DNA of 64,000 bases from Iphione sp. A-MEVVRFRX5 (lineage: Eukaryota): the NCBI GenBank assembly GCA_976226885.1, contig OZ320316.1, positions 60,512,001 through 60,576,000 of the forward strand. The letters are read 5' to 3'. The position numbers and the translations under genes were made by a program. Below, piece by piece: positions 1 through 14,400 of this stretch (the first letter of the stretch is position 1; every line of letters starts with the position of its first letter). Below the pieces are notes generated by a model that saw nothing but the letters and a program-made list of their open reading frames with translations, was not told the DNA's origin and did no database searches.

Positions 1-238
1 CCTAGCGTATCACATATTTGTATGTCAAGGAGAGTCCAGAGGTTGAATAACATTTAACCAGCACTTGACTGTTAGTTTTACTGCTTGATTCCGGTGAAAC
101 ATTTATATGTGGCAATCAATGACAAGAAATTTCTATTTATGCACATGTCCGTATTTTCTGTAGATGTATTCTCTGCACTGCATTTCTGTTGTTCCATGCA
201 CATTTATGGTGACAAACTCTGTACCTAATTATGGAGAC

Positions 239-1450
239 TCATAAATAAACATCTTGAATCTTGAATTGACTGAACCAAGGAAGATGTGGCCATAACACAT
301 TCTTCTGAAGTGAACAATCCTTAGTTTTCACCTCTTTTGGGACAGAAATCCAAACGGCTTCATTCACTTTAGTGTTCTTAATCCAAATAGAATTAGAAAG
401 GGATGGGCAATTCTTCCTGATGTTGAGAAACCCTTCAGAGAAGATCAGAGTAGACAAATATTGATCAATGACATGAACAACTTTAACTGAAGCTGGTGGC
501 CTCAATAAAGGGTCAGAAACCAACTGGAAGGAAGCTGTATCAAGAAAATGCTTCTCTGAAGCATTTTCATATACAGTTTCAGGTGGCTGATCTTCCACTT
601 GAGAAGGACCAGGCTGAGGCTAAGGATCAGAATGAGACTCAAACTGTGAAGGCTCAAACTCCTCCTCGTCAGATACCTGATGATCAGAAGGCTTGCCAGA
701 CTCATCATAATGCAAAGCCATAAATGAGGCAACTGTGTCTGCTATACAGTTGATCCCTTCTCTGAGATATTTTTCCTCAAACTGGCATCTAAGGTACAAA
801 TACCAGTCTCAAAGGAAGTGGCCATAGACGAAATAGAAGAAAGTAAAGACACATGGTGTCCTGTACTGATCTGAATCATTTATTCAAGAAATGTTACATG
901 CATGAGAAGGTCTACTTCAACTGTTTTTCCAATAATTGCACTTATTGTTATCATGCACATTCAACGATGATAGCTCTGTAAACTGGACCGAAGATGTTGA
1001 ATAAACCATTGAAACCAATGAAACCAAAGACTGTAATGTCAGCAAAACAGGATTAGACGCAGTAGACATAGAAGCAACAGGAACTACCAGCACAGTATCC
1101 TGCAGCAGTGTGTCAGGATCACCTGACACAGAAGCCAATGACTGTGGGGTTAAGGTGGGCGGGGGGTTTGGTCAGGTGTATCCTGAGCACTCTTAGCCTT
1201 TTGGGCACTGGCTCTGCAGAACTATCAGTTGCAGGCCTTTCAGGAGACGTGGGCTTTTCTTTGTCTTTATCTTTAGGATCAGCCCCTTTCACCACTTTCT
1301 TTGCTTTTTTCTTGGGCACCCAACCCTCCAAGAATTTGTTTAAGTTAAATCGGACATTAGCCATTGCACTGGTATCACAACATGCTTCACCTACAGAAGC
1401 CTTATGGCAGGTGAGAAGCAGGAAAAATACAGAAATAAGAACATAACAAC
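239..1450 (-). mobile_element. Decayed DIRS-type retroelement gag/ORF1 remnant
   Basis: Minus-strand fragments 'RKNCPSL...KVNEAVWISVPKEVKTKDCSLQK' (ORF 239-598) and basic/low-complexity 'MANVRFNLNKFLEGWVPKKKAKK' preceded by a Cys cluster resemble the ORF1 of DIRS elements (P.NC..L..P.VN..IW......++D..LQ motif, recalled); broken by stops. Confidence 0.55.
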
Positions 1451-2703
1451 CAGTTAGGCCTTATACACAACATGAGAGAATTGATAAAGGTTATAAGAAA
1501 CAGAAAACCTGGCAGGAAAAGCTGTCCAATGTTGGTGTCCTGAGAGAAGTCCTAGGAAGGTCTGGTGTGGTTGATGCCAAAGGCACAACTGATGATTGTG
1601 ATCTGGGGGGCACTGTGCTGGGCTCATCTTACTGTTGCCACCTAGTGGACAATGACTGAGCCAAAATCAATTGTAAACCAGCACTTCTTCAAAATATTTA
1701 GCAGTTTCAATCAATATTGCCCGAGTAGTAGTAGGAGTCCAACCAATTTACCCACCAGTTTCAATAGAAAATGGCAACAGTCAATAATGGTAGCAAACAG
1801 GATTTTGAGTTTGTTCCATGAAAGTACTTGTTAGGAGTGACCAGGGTTGTGCCTTGACAAAAGTTCTGGGCTATCTACTGGTACTGGTAGTGATGATGTG
1901 AGTCTGCCCACTAAGATTCCCTAAGCATAATTTGTTTGGGGGAAGTGGTATCCAGGAACCCTGGCGTTTGTTTGGCTCTATAGCGAAAATAGTCAAAGAC
2001 CTCAGTTATGCAAGCAACACTTAACCTCCATTCAGTAACTTCGTGTCACTGGCTTCCTGTCAGCATCAAAGCCAAGGAAGCCTTAGAGACCCTTAGCCAC
2101 TTGCAGTTTGACAGGAGCTAGAAAGACTAAAGGTGTGTGTTGTATAAGACCTTAATTGTATTGCTATATTGTATAAAAGGTTAAACTTTATTTAACTTTA
2201 GAAGTGGGCACTGAAAGAACGTGATATATATTTGTTAACTATACTGTGCGTTTGTAACTTATTCTTGATGTAGGACTAAATTTAAATGGCCTTATAAAAA
2301 ATGTTTCCTGTAACCCGACCAACCCGGATCACTGAGTAGAGGCCGGTGGCTGGTCCTTGCCAGATCAGCCTTATTTGATCTGGACCGATCAATACCATCC
2401 AGGAGGGGCATGTGGCTGGTCCTTGTATAAAGCACTAAAAAAACAGGGATCACTAATTCTGATTTCCACTGATAATTTTTTCTTACTTTTGTATAAAGAG
2501 GGCTATGGGAATATATTGATAGAAACTTTCATTGGTAACACAGTCTTGAACTTTTATTTAGTTATGTGACAGCAAGTATGAGCTTTTCTACTGCTTGGAT
2601 GTCACATGCCTTCCCCTTCTTTGTAATAATCCCCTAGACTTACTACTAGGCTTTAGTATACTGTATGGCTTCAGTATACTGTATGGCTATTCAGATGGCA
2701 GTA

Positions 2704-2888
2704 CAGTGGAGTCTCTATTTCCAACCACATCAATTTCCAACCATTCATGTCATTGCAACCAGTTGAGGTGTGAACTAAAGTAGGCCTATTATTTTCTATA
2801 ATTAACAATTAGTGACTTCTGACCATTCTTGCTATTACAACCATTTGAGCTTGATCCCAAGTGGTGGTCGGAAATAGAGACCCCACTG
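2704..2888. mobile_element. pogo/Tigger-type MITE (185 bp)
   Basis: 23-bp TIRs CAGTGGAGTCTCTATTTCCAACC / GGTCGGAAATAGAGACCCCACTG (21/23 complementary), TA on both sides; TIR related to the autonomous Tigger element at 22908. Confidence 0.8.
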
Positions 2889-3394
2889 TATATAATTTTA
2901 TCTATTTGACCATTAATTTTATCTATTACTTTTAATGAAGGTGAATTATAATAGCTAGATTACTGTCAACAACCATTCCTATATACATGTACTTATTCAC
3001 TTGCTAATTACATTAATACTATGCCCTTCTATTTGTATTTTTACTTTTAAATTAACCAGTGCTATTTCTGCCTATTTTTCACCCTACCTATTTCAAACTA
3101 TTCCCTGTACACACGAATAACATGCCATCTGCATACACCACTATTTCTGAGTTCTCAATGACTAGCTGAAATATTGTACAATATAATATGCATATATATG
3201 TACAAGTTGGTCATGTTTTTGTTGGACAATGGCATAAATTTTATCGAGTATTCTTTATTGTGAGATTTCAAGTCTACAGGGCTGAAAATATTTGCTGCAT
3301 TAGAGAATCGTCTTACACCTATACACATTATATTTTTATTGAATTCATAAACCTTTGTTTACGTCTCTTCTACTGGATACCCTCGTGGGGAGCA

Positions 3395-3495
3395 CTTCAG
3401 ACTCCTCGGCATGCCTTCTTGACTGTGTGCTCAAGAAACCTGTTTGACGGTCATCTCGGCTTCGCCTCGCCAGACCCAACCTTCTTGCCAGGTCC
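3395..3495. repeat. Dispersed repeat fragment (second copy ~11830-11960)
   Basis: 'TTGACGGTCATCTCGGCTTCGCCTCGCCAGACCCAACCTTCTTG' closely matches 'TTGACAGCCGTCTCGGCTTCGGCTCGCCAGACTCAACCCTCTTG' near 11905-11950. Confidence 0.6.
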
Positions 3496-6400
3496 GGAAA
3501 ATTTAAATCAGATCGAGATATGCATAGCCTCCTCTACTATCTACAATAGCCTCTGAAACGGGGTTACCCAGACTCTTTCTACCATGTAAATTTCAACCCA
3601 CTAGTATGACGATTAGCCATGAACCAAAATAGAGCATTCAACATTCTAGAAATATTCTGGAATCTCATTGTGACCTCAGAAGGACACATTATCTTTGGTC
3701 TACGTTGGTTCCAGTCATCAATAAAGAGAACCATGTTTATCCAGGACGACTTGTCTACGTGTTGTGTGTCAGGTGTGTGCGTGTTCTTCTCCTGCCACCA
3801 TCTTTCTTCTTGTTATCCCCTTCGACATAATAGATATCAATATTCTAAGTAAATTCACGTCGCATGTGTAATGCTCATCATAAAAAACACAAAAAACCGG
3901 CATTGTACTCCTCACCTTGTCAATTACCTCAGAAATAAAGAACAGGCAAGTGCCTTTCCAAAAAAAAAAAGACATAATAGATTCACGGAAGTAATTTGCA
4001 GGTTTGCGAGCCTAACACGGCAGGGCACGCAGTGGTCGCTGATACTACTAAACAAAAGAAATCAACGACCTACAGAGGGCGACAACGCATTAAAAATTTA
4101 CCCGCCGCGCATCTGACATGAGGCTCTAACGTGAGTTGGATTACTGCCCATCAAAGAGGCCACTTTTACATGCGCCTGTGCACGAGACTATTTTCCTGTA
4201 TAGTTTTGGTGATTTAAAGATCATCACATTCATTGTCATATATATGGTGGCCAGTGAATTAAACAGAACGATAAAAGAAACTTCCCTCCTCGACAGCTCA
4301 CTCATTGTCTCGGATAGATGCAGGCATATCGGTTAAGGGACATCCCTGGGAAGTATGCTGACTACGGGTCCTCTGTATAAGAGCATATTACAGTATAGCT
4401 GAATGATTAGACAATAAAGTTATATATTTAACCAAATACCTCCAAGACGGTACCGTATGGCCGGGACCCACCGGGAGCTACACAGGGCGGTCATTGTCCC
4501 TCCAATAACGCGTGGCGCTCATCATCAAGGGCAAATAACGAGTCGCGTTGAAATCTAGAGTGTTAATAGAATTGGCGCTGAATTCTAGTATTAAAAAGCT
4601 CTTCGCGCATCACTGAATATGGGATCTACGAGAATCAATTCATTGCCATTGTGACCTTAATATTATGGGGGTCTACCTATGTACATGGTGTTGATGAAAC
4701 CATGGTTATTAAAATATAAATAATCTGTGTCATTTGCTTGTCGTTTCATAGTATATACATCGTCCCAATATGTAATTGTTCTCTGACATCCTGAAAATGA
4801 GCTTTTGGAGAAATAAAATCATTGTAACTGTCATTATTACCAGAATTGTTGTACCCCATGTACCGACGCGACGGATGCAGGCCGGGGATGCAGGTCAGAA
4901 CAGAATCAGAAATAGATGAGGAAGAGCGTTGAATTTGGGGGATGAGTGGAGAGGTAGACCAATGCTTATTTTAAGGGGTCGGGGCAGGGCACAGGACATC
5001 CCCCCACATCCCCTTCCACTAGATTCAACCTTGTAACAGTAACCTTGACTGTATCTATTACTAGCCTTTCATATATGTTCATCAAAAGCAATTCCCATAA
5101 ACCTTTCGTTTTGCCTATCAGTATCGCAAGCAGAAAGCCTTTCGATTTGATATTACGCAAGTATTCTACTACTAACCTCTGTTGGCAACCATCAGTTTCC
5201 TGATGTGGGGGTGCACCTGTCCCGCCATGGTTCGCGCCGTCACAGCTCCGCGTTTGATCGAACACTAATGACTATGGTCTACGTGAAGGTTCACATGAAG
5301 AGGATCGAGTTTCGACCGGAAGCAGATTTCTTACGAAAATTGTGGAGAGTTCCACAACAAAAGGTTATGTATATTACTCGACATCTAATCGTTAATTGGT
5401 ATTCGTAATACATCTTAGTTCTCTCACTCAAACACAACACAACGATAGGCATGCGACAAATCATGTGAATCCTATTCAACTAATTAAGGGAGAATGCAAG
5501 GACAGGTAGGCCTTGCTATCTAACGTTATCCACACGCATGAATACTGGTGGCCCCTAGTGGGAGACTGTGGAATTAACAAAAGGAAAATCGCACCAAAGT
5601 GCCTTTACCTCCACACAAAGATAAATATTAGAATAGGCCTGTAATCACCGTCTACAGCTATTCTTAAATCATCTATAGCATACCAGGCTAATAGGCAGGA
5701 ATTGTTTGTGTGTGTGTGTGTGTTGGGGGTATCTGAAAGTAGAGAGGTGGAACTCACCGAACTCCTGGTGAGAATTCTGATTCTGGAGCAGACCACGTCA
5801 GATTAGGCCCGGTTCCACGTGTGTGTGATTTACCCCCAGACACCATGTACCTGTGTCTGGGAAAAACACAGAGAAAGGTTCTTTTTATCTTCAGATATTT
5901 GCGATTCCAAGGAATGGGGATATTTTTGTAGATATCAGTGATAACTTAAAGAAAAGGTGTGTACACAATTAAATGTACATGTATTGATGACTTTGCATGT
6001 CCGTTATAGGGTAAAGGGTACTTTTTTGCTGATTTCAGTGTTTTATTAAAAAGGTGTCCCTTTATTGTTGGCTAGATTTTTTTTAAAAGGTTGTGTATTT
6101 TACTGCTATAAAACCTGTGTTTTTGTTATAAAAACAGCCCCTTTTTCAGAATGAAATCTCTGAAAAGTAGTGTAGATGCAGTAGAACATACATTTATTCC
6201 CTCTTTCATATGAGAGCGCAGGGACCAGGTTTACAGCAGGTCCGGCCGCTCCATCCTGTTTCCATGTGAGCCCCTCATATCTAGCACTGTTGAATCCCTG
6301 TACCCCCTCCCCACAGTCTGTGCCAGTTAGAAGGATGAGCCAAATTAAGTGCATGATGCATGCACCTAGTAGTTGCGTCCAGGCGAAAATGTCGCCCAGC

Positions 6401-8060
6401 AAGCTGATGTGTGAAAGAAACATGACAGCCTTGAGAATAAATTGGATCCTTTGGTTTACAGCAGTGTTCCAGTCGCTCCAGTTTGCTTGTCTCCTGCCCC
6501 AACAGAGGTGTGCGTGCACTCTAGGTACGCTGCTGTGTGACCCCGGCCTTCTGACATTCCATCTATATCTTGTGCAGAGGACAGTTTCCTGTATGTTAGA
6601 CCCTCGCTTATATTAAACAACAGAGGGGACTAAAGGAATATGGTCAGCCCCGCAATCTGGCCGCCCCTACCAACCTTTCATCATATCATCCTCCCCACAC
6701 ACCATGCATGTACACACACGCACACACAGATACAAGCACACGCGGAGGAAACCCCCCCAAAAAACTTTCCACCATAGCAGTCACCGAAGGGAGCCCGAAC
6801 TCGAGAGTTCGGAGCGGAAGACGACGCTACTCCCGTCGCAGTTCCTTCTCATTCGATTTTCTCTGTGGTCACCCGGTGGTATCTATACCGGTATCTATAT
6901 CTCCTTTTGGACCCCCCTCCCCCAAATCAATAATAAATTAGCTTTGGCAATGAAAGCTTGGAATGTACACTTTTTGTCTTTCTCTTGTATTGTGTTATAT
7001 TTTTGTGAGGATCATTCATTCATAAACTAAGCAATTAATGAAAATAATAAATACTGTAACGTGTCTCTTGTCTTCTGAATGGATGACTTCGCAAAATAAA
7101 GAATGTCCACACAGTAGAATGAGCTCGGTGTGTTCTCTTCCAAGTGCAACTGAGAACTGTCTTTATTCAGGAAAACCTGGTCCTAATATACAGATACTGG
7201 CTCTAAAATTAGCCACAATGATGTAACAGGTCTTCCAAAAAGAGTACCAATTCACACCTTTTCCTCCAACTTCTGTCTTGGAGGAGTTTCTAGAATATTT
7301 CACCAGATTTTAAGCATTTCGGAATATTATCCTCTGAGACCCTTCTTGGAGGAATCAACTAAACTACATACTTTATTCCAAAACATCACCTATACGCTAC
7401 AAAACTCACCAGAGAAGAGTGATGTGTGGTAAATAAAACTGTGCTAAATGAAAATAAGTTAAAGTAAAGGTTAGTTTCCTGGAGGGATCATATAAATGGG
7501 AATTAGATGCATGATTGTAGTCTAACAAGCCTAGACTTACACCCTTAGGTTATTGTAAAGTGAATACTGCTCACAGTTGTGTTCTCTCGTATCGAAGTGT
7601 AATTTAGATGATGGCATAAACTTCGATTCAGGAGAAGTGGCTCGTTTTATTGTTTACAATGTTGCTACCAGAGATGTTAGGAAAATCCGGCCAAATGCCA
7701 AATAGATGGTTCCCAGGAGGAACTTGGAAAGGTTGACACCGTAAATTTCTTTTCCTTGTAAGTGGATTGCTACTCAGGTAGTAATTATCAGTGCATAGAT
7801 GCTTTAGTTTGGTTTGAATAATATTTTGAAATAATGGCTAGGGAACTAAAAAGGTGAACTCTCATATACATCTATGGAACATTTATTTCAAACATTTGGA
7901 AAGTGTCTAAAATATATTTTCAAAATATTCGTAAATATGTCTAAAGTATTTCATTCATCTCACTGCCTATTATAAATTTGTTGTTTATTGTAGCATGTTT
8001 TTACATTATGAAGAACTGACTTCCCACTGTGGGATTTTAAACCCACTTTTTCTGATTCAA

Positions 8061-8336
8061 AGATCACGACCAGACAGATTTACTGTAGTCCCAACCCAGA
8101 GTGGTCCACAACTCGTAAAAAGGCCGTGGGTGTATAGGATTCTATCCCCTATGCACAAAAAGATCCCAGAAACCTATTCGAAATAAGAGTAGGGGGCAAC
8201 CCCGGGTATTCTGGTCTCTCAATTCTCAACAATAGATGGTAGTATGCTACCCCAGGAGGATATGGAAGAGCTCTGTCATGTGATGGAGAATATCTAGTTC
8301 CTGGTTAAAGATACAATGAAATGAAATGAAATGAAA
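8061..8336 (+). mobile_element. 5'-truncated copy of tRNA-derived SINE (Nin-like core, (ATGAA)n tail)
   Basis: Body nearly identical to reverse complement of copies at 15080-15430 and 43683-44030; ends in ATGAA repeats; tRNA head missing. Confidence 0.85.
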
Positions 8337-11300
8337 GTCCAACACTAAACCCACCGAGCTATCTTGATTTATTATCATGATAAAAAAATTCGTATTTTCA
8401 TGGTCCAATGGAATTAAACTATAATGTTTGAGTAATATTACTTACCAAGCCATACAAAATTCCAAAAATGCTTCATTCTAACGGTGCCTGAATATTATGA
8501 TTTAACATTTATAGAACATTTGTAAAGCAAACCATGGTGCCTGATGTTCAAATTTATGATCTAATATTTATACAACATTGTCTTTTCATGTTTTTTTAAA
8601 ACCTAGCCAAAACTTCAACACTGATGAGTGGCATGGACTGTATTACAATCTGATTAAATTGAAAAAATTAACATTTGATTCCACATGCTCACGGAGCCCA
8701 GGGCTAAGGTCATGTTTCCATAAACATGCTATATGGGTATTTGGCCTATCATAACTATTAACTAGAATATTTTCATGAATGTGTTGCATGCTCAAACACT
8801 TTTGGTGGATGTATTTTTGATGTCCAAAACATGCAATACCATAAATTACATGTATTGTGCAATATACTCTTATAAGAAATAGATTAGGGCATGGAAGTGA
8901 GGCTTAAGATCAGGTACATCTATACAATTGCTAAATTTTCATATTAATTGCGTAAAAATGACAAAGATTACACAAATATGGGTCAATTTCATAAAAAAGG
9001 GAAATTTGCACATATATATGGCGAAATTTCAAGTAATCTGCACAAAAATGCCAAAATTTACACACTTTGCAAATTACAGACAGGTAGGGTCTTATAATCA
9101 TAAACCTGAGTCTTAGAGACATGCGGGGACTTGCATGCACATATTATGTAAATACTCCATCTAAAAGGGTCTGGAAAAGGCTCATAGTCCCCACATGCTC
9201 TCTGCATTCACGCACCAAAATTGCATTAATGGAAACATGGTCTGTAATGCTTAGACAAGTAGCAAATTGTAAAGTCTTCTTTTTATATCGAAAAGTTCAG
9301 AGCACATTTAGTTAATTTAAATATAACAAGATAAATACATAATCCCTTAAGCCCATATGACCTAATATCCTAAGGGTATGCCATTTGCAGCTACTGTGTG
9401 GCCTGAAGAAGTCAATTCATAAAATAAACGGATAGTTCAAAAGCAGGCTATTTCGATTTAGGGAAGATAGGGTGTCTTTTGTATGTCGTTTCCACGAAAA
9501 TAAAATTAAAGCTTAAACTACAATCACACATGATACAATGGTTAATGCTGTTTGTTTTGTCTCATAGAGATTTGGGGTCTTAACCCTCAAGTCCAGCCTA
9601 CAATGCTGTTTTTTCTAGGACTGGTATTTTGTACACACATGCATCTATGGGTGACACGTCTCTCAAGTATCATTCCGTACGCATGGGACTGAGCTAATTG
9701 TGTCCTGCTGGGTAAGAAAGATTTACTTCCTGGAATAATGAATTTCGTGGGTTGGGAGTTCGTGAATATTTGAACAACGGAGTGGACAAGAGTCATACAC
9801 ATGCCATTCCACTGAATGGGATACATCACATCTCTATGCAAAGACTCAGACAGGCAGGGCATAGCTGTTGCACTAGACTGTGCGTTTTCATGTTGATAAT
9901 AGTTTCTGTGACGATATTGTCACGAAAAATGGAAGCTCTTTTTCATGAAAAGGAGGTTTGGGTCAATTGCTTCCAAAAATATTGTTCCATAGTTTTAAAT
10001 CTCAGTATAGATAATTAGTGCAGCCTATACAGGAAGTGTTTGCCAAATTACTGCGAATTAGCTTCATGAATGCATGCAGGAGGGGACAGGAACACAAAAA
10101 ACACATTTTTATTGCAGTTCCTAAAACAATAAATCACATTTACGTCAGACATTGCAGAAAATACTCTTAGAAACAGTGTGCTTCAAGTCTTCCATGTATA
10201 TTTTAAGGAACATTGAAAGAAAAGTACATAATTTTTCACACCAGAGCAACATACCACATCTCTCCTTTACTGATCGTGTTAGTCACTAAAAAGAAAAGAA
10301 ATGTAACATACTATACAAACAGCTGTACATACAGTCTTCCTATGTAGGCTATCCACGCATATAAGAGATCTTTCCGTAAAACCGCCTCTGCGAGGCGACA
10401 GACAGGATGAATAAAATGGTTCCGTCTTACCAGCTTAATTTAGTGTGACTATCTTTCTCGTAATCAGCAGAAAGCATCACATTGAGCAGGTGGAGGACTT
10501 GGTGCTCCACAGGACTCTCTCTGCTGTGCACTGTTTGATGATACTGGGCTTGCTAGCCTCATGAGACCTCACCACAGCGAGGGTTGGACGCTCCGTGAGA
10601 GCCAAGATCGAACGCCCTAGAAGTAGGAGCTTTGCACACAGCATGCGATACAGGGCACTGCGAAACTCGAGCAGCCTACCTGTAGAAAAGAACAGCATGG
10701 AAAGACCAAATTTGAAGCGTTGGATTTGAACTGCCGCCACACGCCCACCAGCTCTGCAGATGACGTAGCAAAGCCATACAAGGACTCTGGTAGCAACACC
10801 TATGATCCAAGACCGCCGGACCAGTGTCTCACCTATGCATGCTGTAGTCACATGGGAAAGCGGCACGAACAGGCAAGCCAGGTCTGTGATCAGAGGAAAG
10901 AGAGTAACTCACAGACGAATTCAATTATTCCTCTATATCCCCATACTGTATTGCACCCCCATACCCCTTACCATACCACCCTACATACCCCTAATAAAAT
11001 TCCCTCCTGTCCAAGTCCCCACACCACTACTGTGTCCTGGGGCCATTTCCCGTTCCACTCAAGGGACTAGGCTCTTCCCCCCACAGGGTCCACCACCCTC
11101 CCAACACTTCTAATCAGTAGCACTCTTATAATGGCGAGCAGTTGTTATATGGTATTAGACCAGCCAATCAAATCTCAGCAGTCATTTTGTGAGTGTGCAC
11201 CCAGTGCACTCTTCACAATAGCTAACATTAAACCACCCCTGCGTCCTCTCTCTCTATGTTCCTATCATCTCCCCGAGTCCATTATATCCAGTAATCATCT

Positions 11301-11357
11301 TGTTGATATTTTGTTATAGTATTTTGGTGACTCTGACGAAATCTAGTCTTGACAGTA

Positions 11358-11436
11358 TGTCCCAGAGGGGACTCGAACCCACGCAGATCCCTTCTGGCTG
11401 TCTGCCCAGCGCTCTTATCCACTGGGCCATAGAGAC
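11358..11436 (-). pseudogene. Degenerate tRNA-like sequence (tRNA-Arg-like), pseudo-tRNA or SINE head
   Basis: Minus strand GTCTCTATGGCCCAGTGGATAAGAGCGCTGGGCAGACAGCCAGAAGGGATCTGCGTGGGTTCGAGTCCCCTCTGGGACA: A-box and B-box (GGTTCGAGTCC), partial acceptor stem, but anticodon loop is 8 nt and T-stem is mismatched. Confidence 0.6.
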
Positions 11437-14400
11437 TGGACAATGGATAAACTCTGTGAATGCGAGTTGAGACAGCCGCCGAATGGGTTGGCCGCTGCAC
11501 AACTCGGCCACCAATCAACTAGGCTGCGGGGGTAGTTACACTACCTATATAAAACGTTGCCTGAAAGTAGTCCGGCCATGGGAGCTGACATATGTGGCCC
11601 TATTTTCTACACAGAGAGGTGTATCCCTACTCCCCTCTGTTCACTGAAGCAGAACCAAGGCTGTAAAAGGCCAAATGAGTCTGTACATTGACCCTTACCC
11701 CGTCCATCTCTGACACCCCCCCCAAAAAAAAAACTACACACACACTCTAACCAACCAGTGCAGGCACCGAAGGCGCTTGTATATATTTAAGGAGGGCGGC
11801 TGTGGTCAGTTTAAACCTTCTGGACTGTTGGGGGGTGCTTGACGGCCATCTCGGCTGTCACCTCGGCAGCCTATAAACCTTCTGGACTGTCACTCTTTCT
11901 CTCACTTGACAGCCGTCTCGGCTTCGGCTCGCCAGACTCAACCCTCTTGACTGGGTCGGCACATCGCTCAGTTGTGGGATGGGGTGGTTTAAATTAGATA
12001 ATATCCTCGTCCTTGGATTACGTGTTTATAAACACCTCGGCTGTCGCCTTGGTCTTTATATCATGTAATCCTCGGAACTCGGACCTTATCTACTACTTAC
12101 AGCCATCCCACTGGCAGCCATGTAACTTGTTGTATTTGTATGCACTATTTGAGTAATAACAGCATAATGCGTCATGTTGACCCATAACAATTCCTTAGAA
12201 AATCATAGTTTCTTTCATGAGAAGTTATTTCTGGCTGATATTTTCCCATAAATTATAATTAAATCCATTTCAGTACTATCCCATGATGCACCAAATCTGC
12301 ATTAGTGATGCTAATTAAATGCACATGGTGATGCACTATTTTTGCATGAGACATGTACATGTACATATATACTTACAGGTTATGAAAAAGATGTGTTTCA
12401 GATTACTTACAGAGAAAAATTAGGTATCAGCACACTGGAAATCACCTGCTTAACACTTTCTTAATTGGAAATTTTCTTTTAGGATGAATATTTTTCAATG
12501 TTCGCCTGTCACTAATGGAAATAACAATAAATTCAATGTACTTTTTGGAAATTATATCATACTTTCAATCTTATATTGTTGCCATGGTAATCCAAAATAT
12601 AAAATGACAGTGTTCATAAAATAGCATGCAATTCAAGGGCTTTCACATGATATATAGCATTATCAGGTATCTCTTGCAACTAAATAGGTTAGGTGAAATT
12701 GCAGTCACCTGTTCAAAAAGTTTCATTTTACGTGGTCTGGAAAGGGTTAAGACTCGTTTGGGTGAAAGATACATGGCCCTGTGTTTCCAACGTCCAATTT
12801 TTGTTTGCCATCGTAGCCAGCAGGGTAGGGCATAGAAATGTAAATGATACATGATCTGGCCAGTTTTCACTGCATGAACTCCAAAGAAGGTTGGTCCCCC
12901 TCAGAATACACGTGGAGCCCTAATAAGCAGCTTAACCCATACCCTCCCCAGCATAGAAGGAAGGGGTAATTTTATCCTGTTTTCTAGATGCCATCTTATA
13001 ACATATATGTATGTCAATAATTAGAGATACAGGCATTACATCTAAATCCATAGAACCAATCAGAAAGAGAGAAGAAAGCCCTCACTCATTATCAGAACTA
13101 AATTCTACTTTCCTACGTTTAAGTTCTCAGGTTCGTTGTTAATTCTTGCTCTGCCCGGTAAGGTCAAGGTCCTCCTCAAATGGTGCAGGCAGATCTAAAA
13201 AATTTTTCCAGGATAAACGCATGTGAAACTGTACTTAGGCACTGTCTCAAATCGGCTGTAAGTTTTGTACCTTTCTAAAGAAAAAGGCCTCAGATGAAAG
13301 TCTTTACGAAAACAAAATTCCTTCAGGGTATAAATTCCGCTCTCATGCATCTGGGACACATCAAAGTCACGTCGCGTAACTTAAAGACTGTTGAAGGCTG
13401 AAACCCACACTGACGAAAAGGGGGCGCAATGAGCAACTAGCATACATTGCCAACTGGTAGACCCATTTTGGAGCCATAATCAAAATACACATTCAAATCA
13501 GGAATCAGTCTGTAACAGCTCCGTTTGAAAAAGACTTCCATCCAGTGCAGTGAAGGGCCCTGGAAGTATCGAATATCTGGGACTGATTACATGGTTATTG
13601 CTGCCTGCAGATAACTACAAGGCAAGAAAAGCTGCAGCTTCATCGTAGGATCTACGTGCAAGCCATAGGCAAGATTTCATGTTACCAATTCATTATCAGC
13701 CAAATTTAATTCATATCACAAAGATATACAATACTGTTCGTTTTTAATGTAGTAGAGAAACATCGTCCTGAACACCACCACTAACATGTGCAATTATGTG
13801 ATCTTATAAATGACTTTACGATCCACTGTGTACAATTGCATTATAACTTTGTTTGAGCCAAGAAAATATATTTGAACACTATGTAGAACAAATGCCAAAA
13901 CAGCCTGAAATACGGCAGTGGAATCATCCTACCATGCACATTCTACTGACGTTTGCATATAGTCTTTAATTTGCTTGCCATATAATGTAAACACGTGACA
14001 CGCAAAACAGGTAGGAAATTAGTTTATGTATAAAAATAGTATTCGTCCTCTAATTAATTTCTACATAGGACAATAAACACGTAAATGACAAGCCAACAGT
14101 TTATACTATGACTGGCGTAACTTTCCACGGAACTCGATACAGTATGCATCTTTTATCGTCTAGCCAATAGTACAGTTTAGCTTTTCTCCATATCATACAC
14201 ATAGCCATGTACCGTCCACGTTAACAAACTCCATCCACGTTTGTGCCATTCAGTATTAATGGCTTATGCCCAAGGGTGTCTTCTTTCAATCTTTTTAGGA
14301 ATCTTCAGTGTCCCTTTGATTCTATTGTGTGCATATAGGCTCCGATATTACCCAAGGGAACCACGCAGGTATGTCCTCTAGCAATGCCACCTGGTCCCTC

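Noticed and set aside
3700-5900. CpG-richer block with several short ORFs and splice-like signals as a gene
   Set aside because: No recognisable protein motif and no consistent exon chain could be built by eye.
14299-14368. Small + strand exon candidate GIFSVPLILLCAYRLRYYPREPR
   Set aside because: Good AG/GT but no partner exons identified; hydrophobic stretch too short to call.
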